From the NCBI GenBank assembly GCA_963713705.1, contig CAVQMY010000024.1:746-64745 (forward strand): a stretch of DNA of 64,000 bases, written 5' to 3'. This document shows positions 44,674 through 56,901 of the stretch, in pieces. The translations under genes and the position numbers were made by a program. Source of the DNA: an uncultured Verrucomicrobiae bacterium. GTDB lineage: Bacteria > Verrucomicrobiota > Verrucomicrobiia > Palsa-1439. The first letter of the stretch is position 1. The number at the start of each line of letters is the position of its first letter. The notes beneath the pieces were generated by a model. The model was not told the DNA's origin. It worked only from the letters and a program-made list of their open reading frames with translations, and searched no databases.

Positions 44674-46365
44674 GTGAAGATCAGCCGGACAACATTGGTG
44701 GGAGTGGCGCTGGCGATTATGGCCGGCACGGTCTGGTTGTATTGGCCGAGCGTCCACGGCGGATTTCTTCATCGTATGGACGATGACGAGTATTTGCGAC
44801 AGTCGGTGCGGCTGAACGGCCTGACGTGGAACGCCGTGACGTGGGCGTTCACGACCGCACACCCCTACTATCATCCGCTGCCGCGGCTGTCGCACGTCCT
44901 CGACTACCAGATGTGGGGGACAAGTCCCGTGGGACATCACGCAACCAGTATCGTCGTGCATGCGCTGAACGCGGCACTCGTGTTCGGCTTCGTGTGGGCG
45001 TTGCTGGGGGCAGTGGGCCTGACGACCGGCGAACGGCTGGCGATGGCCATGGCTGTCGCGGTGGCGTTCGCGATTCATCCGCTGCAAGTCGAGTCGGTGG
45101 CCTGGATGTCGGGGCGGACACAATTGCTGTGCATGACGTTCGGAATCGGCTGCTTGTGGGCGTACATGGCGGGCACGCGCCGGTGGGTGGTGTGGGGGCT
45201 CTATGTGTGCGCGTTGCTGAGCAAGCCGATGGGGGTGTCGCTGCCGTTCGTGATGCTGGTGATCGATTACTATCCGTTGCGGCGATACGAACGGTTTGGT
45301 TGGGGTCGGTTGTTGCGGGAAAAAGCGGCAGCCTTCGCTCTGGCGGTTGTGGTGGCCGTGGCCACGACGATCACCGAAGCGCGGGCGGGCGGGTTGATCG
45401 TTTCCGCGGAAATGCTACCGCTGCCACAACGGGTGTACTCGATGTTCCAGAGCCTGGTGTTTTATCCGTGGCGGCTGGTGTGTCCGGTGCATTTGTCGCC
45501 ATTCTATCCGTTGCTGTTCGGGCGTCCGATGGACTGGCCAACGCTGGCGTCGATGCTGGTGGTTGGCGTGGTGACCGGCCTGGTCTGGTGGGACCGGCGA
45601 CGGATGCCGGCGGCCGCCGCCGGCTGGGCGGCGTATGTGGTGTTGGTGCTGCCCGTGTCGGGGCTGATGCAAACGGGTCTGTCGGCGGTGGCACAGCGGT
45701 ACGCGTACATGGCGATGGTGCCGCTGCTGTTGTTGGCGGGTGGAGCGGTCGTGTGGTTATGGCGGCGATCGGCGAGCATCGCGCGTCTTGGGCTCGTCGC
45801 CTTGCTGGCGTGCGAGATGTGCGTCTTTGGAGTGCGAACCCGCAGCCTGATACCGGTGTGGCACGACGATGAGACGTTGTGGGGAACCGTGCTGACGGAA
45901 TACCCCGACTCGGTGGTGGCCAATAACGCCATGGTGCTGATTCTGTTCGGTCGCCACAGGCTGCCCGAAGCACTGGCGTGCGCCCAACGATATGAGGAAC
46001 TGATGCCGAAATTGGGCGACGCGCATAATAATCTCGGGTTTATACTGGCGGCGATGGACCGTGTGCCGGAGGCGATGGCGGAGTTCGAGCAGGCGTTACG
46101 CCTCAAGCCGAATTATGCCGAGGCCCACAACAACTTCGCCAATACGCTGATGCAAGTGGGCCAGGTGGAGGCCGCGATGCGGCATTACGAGCGGGCCTTG
46201 CAGATCAAGCCGCATTACGTGGATGCGCACCTCGGCCTGGGGTGGGCGCTGCTCGATCTGGGCCGACGCGCCGAGGCCAGGCGACATTACGAGCAGGCAT
46301 TGGAGTTCGACCCGGATTCGGTCATCGCCAGCAACATGCTGGCTCGTCTGCAAGGCAGTCAATAG
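44674..46365 (+). CDS. TMTC-like GT-C membrane protein with C-terminal TPR repeats
   Basis: MDDDEY, YYHPLPRLSH, HPLQVESVAW, three to four TPRs. Confidence 0.85.
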   Translation: MKISRTTLVGVALAIMAGTVWLYWPSVHGGFLHRMDDDEYLRQSVRLNGLTWNAVTWAFTTAHPYYHPLPRLSHVLDYQMWGTSPVGHHATSIVVHALNAALVFGFVWALLGAVGLTTGERLAMAMAVAVAFAIHPLQVESVAWMSGRTQLLCMTFGIGCLWAYMAGTRRWVVWGLYVCALLSKPMGVSLPFVMLVIDYYPLRRYERFGWGRLLREKAAAFALAVVVAVATTITEARAGGLIVSAEMLPLPQRVYSMFQSLVFYPWRLVCPVHLSPFYPLLFGRPMDWPTLASMLVVGVVTGLVWWDRRRMPAAAAGWAAYVVLVLPVSGLMQTGLSAVAQRYAYMAMVPLLLLAGGAVVWLWRRSASIARLGLVALLACEMCVFGVRTRSLIPVWHDDETLWGTVLTEYPDSVVANNAMVLILFGRHRLPEALACAQRYEELMPKLGDAHNNLGFILAAMDRVPEAMAEFEQALRLKPNYAEAHNNFANTLMQVGQVEAAMRHYERALQIKPHYVDAHLGLGWALLDLGRRAEARRHYEQALEFDPDSVIASNMLARLQGSQ

Positions 46366-46615
46366 GCTGGCGGCAGGACGGCATCTTGATAATTGTAACC
46401 GTGCGACGTAATGGTGCGTCATTAGAAACTGAGGGGAGACGAACCGCGTCGCCGCCTTTCGGCGTAGATGGTGAGACCGCCAGCGGGGCAGAGAATGTGT
46501 CCGGCATGATGTGGGTGGAGAGGAATAATTGCGATTTTAAGGTGTGGTGCTGGTAAAGTCCCCCTGTGGCGCGTCAAATGTTCGAGGAATGGTCGGTATG
46601 GAGGTTGATGGCATA

Positions 46616-49033
46616 ATGAAAATTTCTCGTGTTGTACTGACAATCATCCTGGTGGCGTGGCTGGGGCAACCCGGCCGGGCGAGTGCCGCAGACACCATCA
46701 AGACCTTGCACACGTTTGCCGGCAGCCCTAAAGACGGAGCCCAGCCATACGGGGGACTGATCCAAGGCCGCGACGGCAATTTTTATGGGACGACGTACTC
46801 GGGAGGCGGGAGCGACTTGGGCACGGTGTTCTCGATCACCGGGGCCGGTGTATTGTCGAACGTTTACAATTTCGGTGGGAGCAGTGACGGGAAGAACCCG
46901 GAAGCCGGACTGATCCAGGGCAGCGATGGGTTTCTGTACGGGACGACGTACGGCGGCGGCACGGGCGGGGCGGGCACGGTATTCAAGGTCGGCACGACGG
47001 GCGGGCTGACGACGCTGCATTATTTCACGGGCGTCGCGGACGGCGGTTATCCGCAAGCCGGGATCGTTCAGGGCAGCGACAGCAATTACTACGGGACGAC
47101 GTCTGGCGGGGGGGCAAGCGGCGCGGGCACGCTGTTCGTGGTTTTTCCGGCGGGTTTCATCTCGGAGTATAGCTTCACGGGCGGCACGAACGGCGTTAAT
47201 CCAAAAGCCGGGCTGGTTCAAGGCACGGACGGTAGTTTTTACGGGACGACGTACAGCGGGGGCGTGAGCAACGCCGGTGCCGTATTCCGTTACAGTTTGG
47301 GCAATGGGTTGACACCCCTGTACAATTTCACGGGCGGGGAAGACGGTGCGAATCCGCAGGGCGCGTTGGTGGAAGGCATCGACAGCAATTTTTACGGGAC
47401 GACGTTTGGTGGGGCATACGGCTATGGCACGGTGTTTCGGATCAGCTCGGCGGGCACGTTGACCGTGCTGTGGATTTTCGGTGACGGATCGGACGGCGGC
47501 AATCCCGAGGGTGGGCTGATCCTGGGTCAGGACGATAATTTCTACGGGACGACCTCCACCGGGGGAACTAGCGGCGCCGGCACGGTATTCAAGATCAAGG
47601 TGACGAAGAATAGCGCGTCACTGACGACGCTGTATAATTTCGCCGGCGGCAATGATGGAGCCGTGCCCCAGGCGGGTTTGCTCCAGGCCTCCGCCACGAA
47701 TTTCCTTGGGACAACCTCCGCGGCCGGGGCTGATTCGCTGGGAACGGTTTTCAGCCTGATACAGCCGTGCACATTCTCAGTCTCGCCGTCGCACGTGACG
47801 CTCATCGGGCTTGCCAATGGCGGCACGTTTACGGTCACCAGCAGCGGCACGGGTTGCGTTTGGACGGCGACGAGCAACGCGGATTGGATCTCCGTCACCT
47901 CGAGCAACAGCGGCATCGGTGATGGGACGGTGGCGTATTCAGTGACGGTCAACAGCAACAGCAACTCACGCGTCGGTACCATCACGGTCGGTGGAAAAAA
48001 CTTCACGATCTCGCAACAGGGAGAAGTGTTTGGGGCATTTCTTCCCGGAAGCTACAACGGCCTGGTCATGATAACGAACGCTCCCGCGCAAGCCAGTTCC
48101 GGGTTGATCACGGTGGTTCTCAGCAAGACAGGATCGTTTGCGGCGGACCTGACCGTGGGCGGTGTGAAGTCCACGTTCAAAGGACAATTTGACAGTTCGG
48201 GCAACTCGACGAACACGGTGACGCCCAAGAACCAGAGTCCGCTGACCGTCATTCTCGAGGCGGCGGCCGTGAGCAACGCGACGGACGAGATTGTGGGGAC
48301 GGTGTCCGATGGCGGCGCATTTACGGCGCAGTTGGTGGCCGACCTGGCGGTCTTTAGCGCGGTCAACACGAGTCCGTGGGTGGGCGCGTTCACGTTTGCG
48401 CTGGCGCCGGCGGACAGCAGTGATACGACGGTGCCGCAGGGATACGGGTACGGGACATTGACCGTGACGAGCCTCGGCAGCGGATCGCTGAAAGGGGTGC
48501 TGGGCGATGGAACGAAGATCAGCGGCAAGTTTCCCGTCTCGGGCTACGGGACATGGCCGCTATACGATTCGCTGTACAAGAATACCGGCGCGTGCATCGG
48601 TTGGGTGACGTTCAACGAGGACAATACCATCAGCGGGACGGTGTACTGGTTCAAGGAACCCGGGGCAGCCGGTGCGCTTTACACGAATGGGTTCTCAACG
48701 ACGAATTCGCTGACCGGAGACATTTACGTTCCGCCTGCGGCCGCCGCGACCGGGCAATTGACGCTGGGCGGCGGCAATTTGACGAGCAATATCGTCATCA
48801 GCATGTCGATCAGCGCGAAGGGAACGGGCACGGCATCGCCTGTCGACAGCAATGACCTGAAGTTGAAGGTGGCGCCGACAACGGGGGCATTGAGCGGCAG
48901 CTTCCTCGATCCGACCGTCGGCAAGGCGGTCAAGTTCGATGGCCTGCTGTTGCAGAGCAGCGGCGCCGCGTTTGGAAACTTCCTGGGCACGAGCGAGAGC
49001 GGGTTCGTCACGTTTGTGCCGGATTCGGAGTGA
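46616..49033 (+). CDS. Secreted tandem-repeat (GloVer-type beta-propeller) protein with BACON-like domain
   Basis: About seven repeats of G..P..GL.QG.DG.FYGTT..GG....GTVF; C.WTATSNADWI...G.GTV.YSV..N....R.GTITV. Confidence 0.85.
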   Translation: MKISRVVLTIILVAWLGQPGRASAADTIKTLHTFAGSPKDGAQPYGGLIQGRDGNFYGTTYSGGGSDLGTVFSITGAGVLSNVYNFGGSSDGKNPEAGLIQGSDGFLYGTTYGGGTGGAGTVFKVGTTGGLTTLHYFTGVADGGYPQAGIVQGSDSNYYGTTSGGGASGAGTLFVVFPAGFISEYSFTGGTNGVNPKAGLVQGTDGSFYGTTYSGGVSNAGAVFRYSLGNGLTPLYNFTGGEDGANPQGALVEGIDSNFYGTTFGGAYGYGTVFRISSAGTLTVLWIFGDGSDGGNPEGGLILGQDDNFYGTTSTGGTSGAGTVFKIKVTKNSASLTTLYNFAGGNDGAVPQAGLLQASATNFLGTTSAAGADSLGTVFSLIQPCTFSVSPSHVTLIGLANGGTFTVTSSGTGCVWTATSNADWISVTSSNSGIGDGTVAYSVTVNSNSNSRVGTITVGGKNFTISQQGEVFGAFLPGSYNGLVMITNAPAQASSGLITVVLSKTGSFAADLTVGGVKSTFKGQFDSSGNSTNTVTPKNQSPLTVILEAAAVSNATDEIVGTVSDGGAFTAQLVADLAVFSAVNTSPWVGAFTFALAPADSSDTTVPQGYGYGTLTVTSLGSGSLKGVLGDGTKISGKFPVSGYGTWPLYDSLYKNTGACIGWVTFNEDNTISGTVYWFKEPGAAGALYTNGFSTTNSLTGDIYVPPAAAATGQLTLGGGNLTSNIVISMSISAKGTGTASPVDSNDLKLKVAPTTGALSGSFLDPTVGKAVKFDGLLLQSSGAAFGNFLGTSESGFVTFVPDSE

Positions 49034-49066
49034 GGACGGGGTGCGAATAGGCCAGCCAGAGAGGTC

Positions 49067-49095
49067 TTGACAGAAGGGTGGGGGTTTGGTAGAAA
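49067..49095 (+). promoter_or_regulatory. Sigma-70 promoter for csp (long 5' UTR)
   Basis: TTGACA-17 nt-TAGAAA with an extended -10 TG, about 195 nt upstream of the ATG. Confidence 0.5.
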
Positions 49096-49289
49096 GTGAG
49101 GCGTACGACGTTGAGACTGTGTTATTTGTACGTGCTGTTGTGAGAGAATCTGGAGGAATGCAGTCAGATGTGACCGTGCGCGCCCGGGCTGGGTAGGCAC
49201 GGCCTTTTTATTTATCCCGCCAAAATAGGATTTTCCATCAAGCAATGTCCTCAAATGTCCTTATTGATTCCTGAGGAGGTGAGCAACAT

Positions 49290-49490
49290 ATGGCACGCGG
49301 AACAGTGAAGTGGTTCAACGAGAAGAAGGGGTTCGGGTTTATCCAGCAGGAGGGTGGGCCGGACGTGTTTGTGCATTTCTCGGCTATCAAGGGTGAGGGG
49401 TTCAAGACGCTGGCTGAGGGGCAAGCGGTGGAGTTTGAAATCATCCAGGACGAGAAAGGCGCCAAGGCCCAGAATGTGATGCGGGTGTAG
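49290..49490 (+). CDS. cspA: Cold-shock protein
   Basis: [22 protein letters not shown]; SD GAGGAGGTG. Confidence 0.97.
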   Translation: MARGTVKWFNEKKGFGFIQQEGGPDVFVHFSAIKGEGFKTLAEGQAVEFEIIQDEKGAKAQNVMRV

Positions 49491-50267
49491 GGCGTTGGGC
49501 GTGGGATGATGCGCACCGTGAGGGGTGCGTAGCTGGAAAATAGACGGGATTGGCAACTCCAGTGCGACGGGGTGATGGTGTGTGCGCACCCACGGCTTGG
49601 CCGGAACGGCCTAGTTTATGCTTTATTTTGGGGTTTGGCCGATTGCGGCAGTTGGCTTGCCGGGCAGGGATTGCAAGGGTTTTGAGTGGAACGGTGCCAG
49701 CTTCTTGACATCTTTGAAAATAGTTCTTGCATACGGGGCGGCGGATCGGTAGTTTGGCCGTCCTTTCATGGGAACCGTTGTTGCGGGAACGCGGCAACGA
49801 TTTATCGGTGAGGGGCTTGACAGGCGCCCGAAGTGCGGGTACATAGTTAATGCTTGCGAGGGGATGTAGCAGCACGGATGGTTCTTTAGGAGTTCGGCAA
49901 AACTCGAAACTCGATGACGGTGGTTTTGTCGTCTGAAGACGGGGCGGCGATCAGCAGTTAGACATCAGTGTTCAGCCCGATGGCTGAACGTTGATTATCT
50001 GAAAGCAGATTGCACGCATCCTGAGAGAATCGGGGTGCGTCGCGTTCTTTGAAAATTGAAATGTGCGATACGTGAGAGCCCACGTTCCCTGACGCAGGTC
50101 AGGGGACTTTGAGTAATATGTAGTAACACGACCAGTTCGGTTAGCCCCGGCTGGTCGCCCTCGAAGCAATTCGGGGGTGAACTCACGTGGAATCGGTTGG
50201 ATCAGTCATGGCCCCGAAAGGGTCATGGCGAGCCTCGGAGCAATTCGGGGCAGGTCTGGTTGATTAT

Positions 50268-51825
<1,558 letters not shown>

Positions 51826-51998
51826 CCTTGATTCGAGACTTCGGTCCCGAATCGGATCCTAGGTCGAATCCTGGAGAAATCCGGGAAGCTTGATCGTATC
51901 GCACAATTCAGTTTTTGAGGAACGTCATGTTCTTTGCCAACGTGAGTACTGGAGAGAAGACCTTCTGGGGCAGAAGCAGCCGCCCAGCAACGCCCTGC

Positions 51999-52074
51999 GG
52001 GGCCGTAGCTCAGCTGGGAGAGCGCCTGCTTTGCAAGCAGGAGGTCACGAGTTCGATCCTCGTCGGCTCCACCA
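51999..52074 (+). tRNA. tRNA-Ala (TGC)
   Basis: GGGGCCGTAGCTCAG...TTTGCAA...GGCTCCACCA. Confidence 0.97.
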
Positions 52075-52097
52075 GTTTCCGGCGCGACGCGCCGCGT

Positions 52098-52174
52098 GGG
52101 CGCGTAGCTCAGCTGGTTAGAGCATGCGCTTGATAAGCGCAGGGTCATAGGTTCGAATCCTATCGCGCCCACCA
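52098..52174 (+). tRNA. tRNA-Ile (GAT)
   Basis: GGGCGCGTAGCTCAG...TTGATAA...CGCGCCCACCA. Confidence 0.97.
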
Positions 52175-52802
52175 GTTTTCACGACGGGACAATTTCCGCC
52201 GGGCAGAGGCCGGGTGGATGTTCTTTGACAATTGCATACAGTGTAGTGGGTAAAAACTACAATAAATGCTGAGAATATGTCAGTCTGGAACTCAGAGTTG
52301 AGAACCGGACGGATAGTTTGTGATCAAGCTACTAAGAGCGCAGGGCGGATGCCTTGGCGACGATAGGCGATGAAGGACGTAGTAAGTTGCGATAAGCCAC
52401 GGGAAGCGGCAAGCACGCGTTGATCCGTGGATGTCCGAATGGGGGAACCCATCCAGAGTAATATCTGGATACAGTGGTCTGAATACAATAGGACCATATG
52501 AGCCATACCCGGTGAAGTGAAACATCTCAGTAACCGGAGGAACAGAAAGAGCACATCGATTCCCTGAGTAGTGGCGAGCGAAACGGGAACAGCCTAAACC
52601 GAGGTACTTGTACTTCGGGGTTGCGGGACCTCAATGTGGTACGCAGAGAGTTAGCCGAAGTCCGTGGAAACGGACCCCATAGGGTGTGATAGGCACGTAA
52701 GCGAAAACTCAAAGCGACCTAGAGGTATCCCAAGTAAGACGGCACACGTGAAACGTTGTCTGAATCCGCGCCGACCACGGCGCAAGGCTAAATACTCATC
52801 GT

Positions 52803-52849
<47 letters not shown>

Positions 52850-52899
52850 TTTGAGGGGAGTAAAAAGAACCTGAAACCCTGTGCTTACAAAGTGTCATA

Positions 52900-53184
52900 G
52901 CCCCGCTCATTCTGGGGCCAGGACCCATGAACTACGTGTATGTGTTGAAGAATCCGAAGAGCCAGGCGATTTACATCGGTTTCAGTGCGGATCTGCGACA
53001 GCGGATCCAGCAGCATGAACCGGTGAGCATCGCGGATGGGAACTCGTTTACTACGAGGCCTATCGTGACGAAAGTGAGGCGCGGTTGCGGGAGCGGAAGC
53101 TCAAGCAGTACGGCGCGGCACTTGGACATCTGAAAACACGTATCCGAAAGAGTTTGGGTTCGCGGGCTTTGGAATGAGCGGGGT
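52900..53184 (+). other. Intervening sequence in 23S rRNA helix 25
   Basis: Sits between ...CTTACAAAGTGTCATA and GATGGCCTGCCTTTTGCATAATG; closed by CCCCGCTCATTCTGGGGCC / GGCTTTGGAATGAGCGGGG. Confidence 0.9.
52927..53177 (+). CDS. GIY-YIG nuclease encoded inside the 23S IVS (one base missing near 53019)
   Basis: MNYVYVL...IYIGFSADLRQRIQQH, then shifted frame WELVYYEAY....ARLRERKLK. Confidence 0.85.
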
Positions 53185-53691
53185 GATGGCCTGCCTTTTG
53201 CATAATGAGTCTGCGAGTTATTGTCAGTGGCAAGGCTAACCCCGGTCAGACGGGGGCAGCCGCAGCGAAAGCGAGTCTGAACAGGGCGACCAGTCGCTGG
53301 CAATAGACCCGAAGCGGAGGTGATCTACGCATGGTCAGGGTGAAATCTGGGTAACACCAGATGGAGGCCCGAACGGGTGAATGTTGAAAAATTCTCCGAT
53401 GAACTGTGCGTAGGAGCGAAAGACTAAACAAACCCCGTCATAGCTGGTTCTCCCCGAAATATATTGAGGTATAGCGTCCGGCCACTAGCGCGCGGAGGTA
53501 GAGCACTGGATGGGATAGGAGCCTTACCGGGCTACCGAATCCAACCAAACTCCGAATACCGCGTTGCACTACCCGGGCAGTCAGACGGTGGGGGATAAGC
53601 TTCATCGTCGAGAGTGAAACATAAACAGACTATCAGCTAAGGTGCCTAAACTACGTTTAGTGGAAAGGATGTGAGGTTGCTAAGACAGTGA

Positions 53692-53733
<42 letters not shown>

Positions 53734-54501
53734 CAGCTGACTCATCGAGCGATCTCGCGCCGAAAATGATTGGCGATCAAACGTAGTACCGAAGCTATGG
53801 ATTCACCAGGTCCTCGGACCTGGTGAGTGGTAGGGGAGCGTTCCAAGCGCAACGAAGGTGGAAGGTGACTGAAACTGGAGTGCTTGGAAGTGAGAATGCA
53901 GACACGAGTAGCGATAAAGTCGGTTAAATTCCGACTCGCCGTAAACCCAAGGTTTCCTGGGGAAGGTTCGTCCGCCCAGGGTTAGTCGGGACCTAAGTCG
54001 AGGCCGTAAGGCGTAGATGATGGACAGTTGGTTAATATTCCAACACCACCTTGGTTTAAGCTGTCAGGAACCCAGAAGGGAATGCGAGCCACCGGTTGAA
54101 AGTGGTGGTCAATACCGTCGGAAGGCGGCGTTGGACGCGGAGACTACGGTCGAAGCGGATTCGTTAATACCACGCTGGCGAGAAAAGCCTGGCAGTGTTC
54201 ACCAGGGTGCCCGTACCGTAATCCGACACAGGTGGGTGAGATGAGTATTCTCAGGCGCGCGAGTGAAATCTCTCTAAGGAACTCGGCACATTAGCCCCGT
54301 AACTTCGGAAGAAGGGGCGCCCCGGACGGTCAGATTATATCAAAGCCATCTGGGGCCGCAGTGAAAGGCGCTCTGCGACTGTTTAACAAAAACACAGCTC
54401 TGTGCGAACTCGCAAGAGACGGTATACAGAGTGACAAGTGACCAATGCGGAAAGATTAAGGCAAGGGGTCAAGGCGCAAGCCTGAAGCTCTGAACTTAAG
54501 T

Positions 54502-54581
<80 letters not shown>

Positions 54582-55097
54582 TTGTAACGAAAGAGCGACT
54601 GTCTCGGAGAGAGGCTCGGCGAAACTGTAGTTGCGGTGAAGATGCCGCATACCCGCAGTAGGACGGAAAGACCCCGTGCACCTTTACTGTAAGCTGATAT
54701 TGGACTTTGATGTGTGATACGTAGCGTAGGTGGGACCCTTCGAAACCGGGCTCTCGGGCCCGGTGGAGGGAACAATGAAACACCACTTTTCGCTCATTAA
54801 GGTTCTAACCACGCGCCGTTAACCGGCCGCGGGACCGTGTCAGCGGGTCAGTTTGACTGGGGCGGTTTCCTCCCAAAGAGTAACGGAGGAGTACGATGCT
54901 TGGCTCAACCTGGTTGGCAATCAGGTGTTGAGGATATGGCTAAAAGCCAGGCTCACTGTGAGACCTACAAGTCGAGCAGACGCGAAAGCGGGTCCAAGTG
55001 ATCCGGTGGTTGAATGTGGAATCGCCATCGCTCATCGGACAAAAGGTACGCCGGGGATAACAGGCTTATCGGTTCCAAGAGTTCACATCGACGAACC

Positions 55098-55138
<41 letters not shown>

Positions 55139-55170
55139 GAGAAGGTCCCAAGGGTCCGGCTGTTCGCCGG

Positions 55171-55221
<51 letters not shown>

Positions 55222-55344
55222 TATCCACTGTGGGCGCAGCAGACGTGAGGGATTTGTTCCTTAGTACGAGAGGACCGGGAACAACGCACCTCCAGTATTC
55301 CGGTTATTCTGTCAAGAGTAGCGCCGGGTAGCTGTGTGCGGAAA

Positions 55345-55377
<33 letters not shown>

Positions 55378-55697
55378 CCTCCCAAGATTACGTCTGACGG
55401 TCGCAAGACCCTAAAGGCTCGGGGAAGACTACCCCGTTGATAGGCCGGGTGTGTAAACGTAGCAATACGTGAGCTGACCGGTACTAATCAGCCGTGAGGC
55501 TTGATCACTTAAACTTTTCCTCGCAAGAGGGAGGGTCAGTGATTTAAACAAACCTCAGCCATTGTAGCCCCGCTTACTGTATGCAATTATCAGAGAACAC
55601 TGTTCTTTTGACATGATACAGAGAAGTTGTCGGTTGTTGGCCCTCCGTGCCGCTTCGGCGGGAGTGGAGACGCCGATCGCCGACGGCTTCGAAGATT

Positions 55698-55814
55698 TCC
55701 CGGTGGTTTTGCCGCAGTGGTCCCACCCGTTCCCATTCCGAACACGGTCGTGAAACGCTGCAGGGCCGATGGTAGTGCCTGTATAGCTTGCGCGAGAGTA
55801 GGTCGCTGCCGGGG
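55698..55814 (+). rRNA. rrf: 5S rRNA
   Basis: CCCGGTGG...CCCATTCCGAACACGG...GCCGATGGTAGT...GAGAGTAGGTCGCTGCCGGG. Confidence 0.95.
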
Positions 55815-55826
55815 TAATTTCACAAC

Positions 55827-55862
55827 AGCCCGCATTCAGAAATGAGTGCGGGCTTTTTGTTG
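55827..55862 (+). terminator. rRNA operon terminator
   Basis: AGCCCGCATTCA-GAAA-TGAGTGCGGGCT followed by a T-tract. Confidence 0.85.
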
Positions 55863-55946
55863 TCTTGGAGAATCAGGTTCGGGAGGACGGCGAAGCATAT
55901 TCGCCGACAGACTGATCGAGCAGGGACCACACGCCCCAGTCTTGGT

Positions 55947-56783
55947 TTACGGCACGGAGGTTTTCGTGAGCTTGACGAGGGTCTTCCACATTTGTTCGGG
56001 TGTGTCGCAGTCGAGTAATTCCTTGCGGGCGTCGGTGGACTCGAACGTGCGCACCAGCCCGGCCAGCAAGCGGAGATAGAATGCGGTGGCCGCCGTCGGG
56101 ATCACGATAAAGAAGAAGATCTTGCTCAGGTGATCTTCGTGCGCGCCGAATTTGATGCCCTTTTCTTTCATGCCGACGGCGAAGGTCAGGCCGCCGCCTT
56201 CCACGTCGCGAACATGCGGGAAGGCGAGCCCATGTTCCACGGCGGTGCTGACAATCGCTTCACGGCGCAGCGCCAACTCGGTCAATGTCGCGGGTTCTTC
56301 CACAAACCCACCGTCACCCAGCGCCTTCGCCAGCTCGCCGATAACGCCTTCGAGGGTCGATGCCTCGAGCTTTGGCACCATCAGGTTTGCTGCTGAGAAG
56401 CGCGCGATGCCGACCTCGACCGGCCGCTTCGTATCCGGTTTTTTCTTCGGCTGGCGGGCCACCGTGTCGGGGAAGAAGAGGAACCGGCCGCAATGCGGGC
56501 AATACTGCAATTGGTCGCCGGCCTTGGCGGCGTTGACCACCGCGATGGGCACGGCCAGGCCGCACCGCGAACAATTTCCATTCGCGAGCGGGACCACCGC
56601 CAGCGGGTAGTGCTTCTGCAGGCGATCGTAGCGCTCGGCCACCTCGGGCGGCAACTGCGCGCGGATCTTGGCAATGGATTTTTCCAACTGCCCGAGGGGC
56701 ATTTGGGAATTGGAGGCCTTTTGTTCTTCCTTGGCAAAGTTGAGTTCCTGCAACTGGATCAATTGATTCAAGATGTTATTCAT
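55947..56783 (-). CDS. C4 Zn-ribbon (DUF164-like) fused to a PTS EIIA (Fru/Ntr-type) domain
   Basis: CSRCG...CPHCGRFL, then RE...STAVEHGLAFPH. Confidence 0.85.
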   Translation of the reverse strand: MNNILNQLIQLQELNFAKEEQKASNSQMPLGQLEKSIAKIRAQLPPEVAERYDRLQKHYPLAVVPLANGNCSRCGLAVPIAVVNAAKAGDQLQYCPHCGRFLFFPDTVARQPKKKPDTKRPVEVGIARFSAANLMVPKLEASTLEGVIGELAKALGDGGFVEEPATLTELALRREAIVSTAVEHGLAFPHVRDVEGGGLTFAVGMKEKGIKFGAHEDHLSKIFFFIVIPTAATAFYLRLLAGLVRTFESTDARKELLDCDTPEQMWKTLVKLTKTSVP

Positions 56784-56901
56784 GGATGTGCTGGATTGTC
56801 GGACAATCACAACTGACTGTAGAACCTTTGCCCCCGGACGCCAATGAAAAACTTTCGCCCGGGCAAGGAATCGCTTCCCCTCCGCCCTGCGGCAGGGTAC
56901 C

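Noticed and set aside
46730-47760. Regularly spaced nucleotide repeats (TACGGGACGAC) considered as a CRISPR array
   Set aside because: They are coding repeats of the FYGTT beta-propeller motif, and there are no cas genes.
49096-49289. Hairpin plus T-tract in the csp 5' UTR
   Set aside because: The stem is weak, and long structured UTRs are normal for csp genes.
51999-52174. tRNA order Ala-Ile in the spacer
   Set aside because: Known variant of rrn spacers.
52900-53184. 23S insertion considered as a group I/II intron
   Set aside because: Only ~35 nt lie outside the ORF, which leaves no room for a ribozyme core, and no core motifs were seen.
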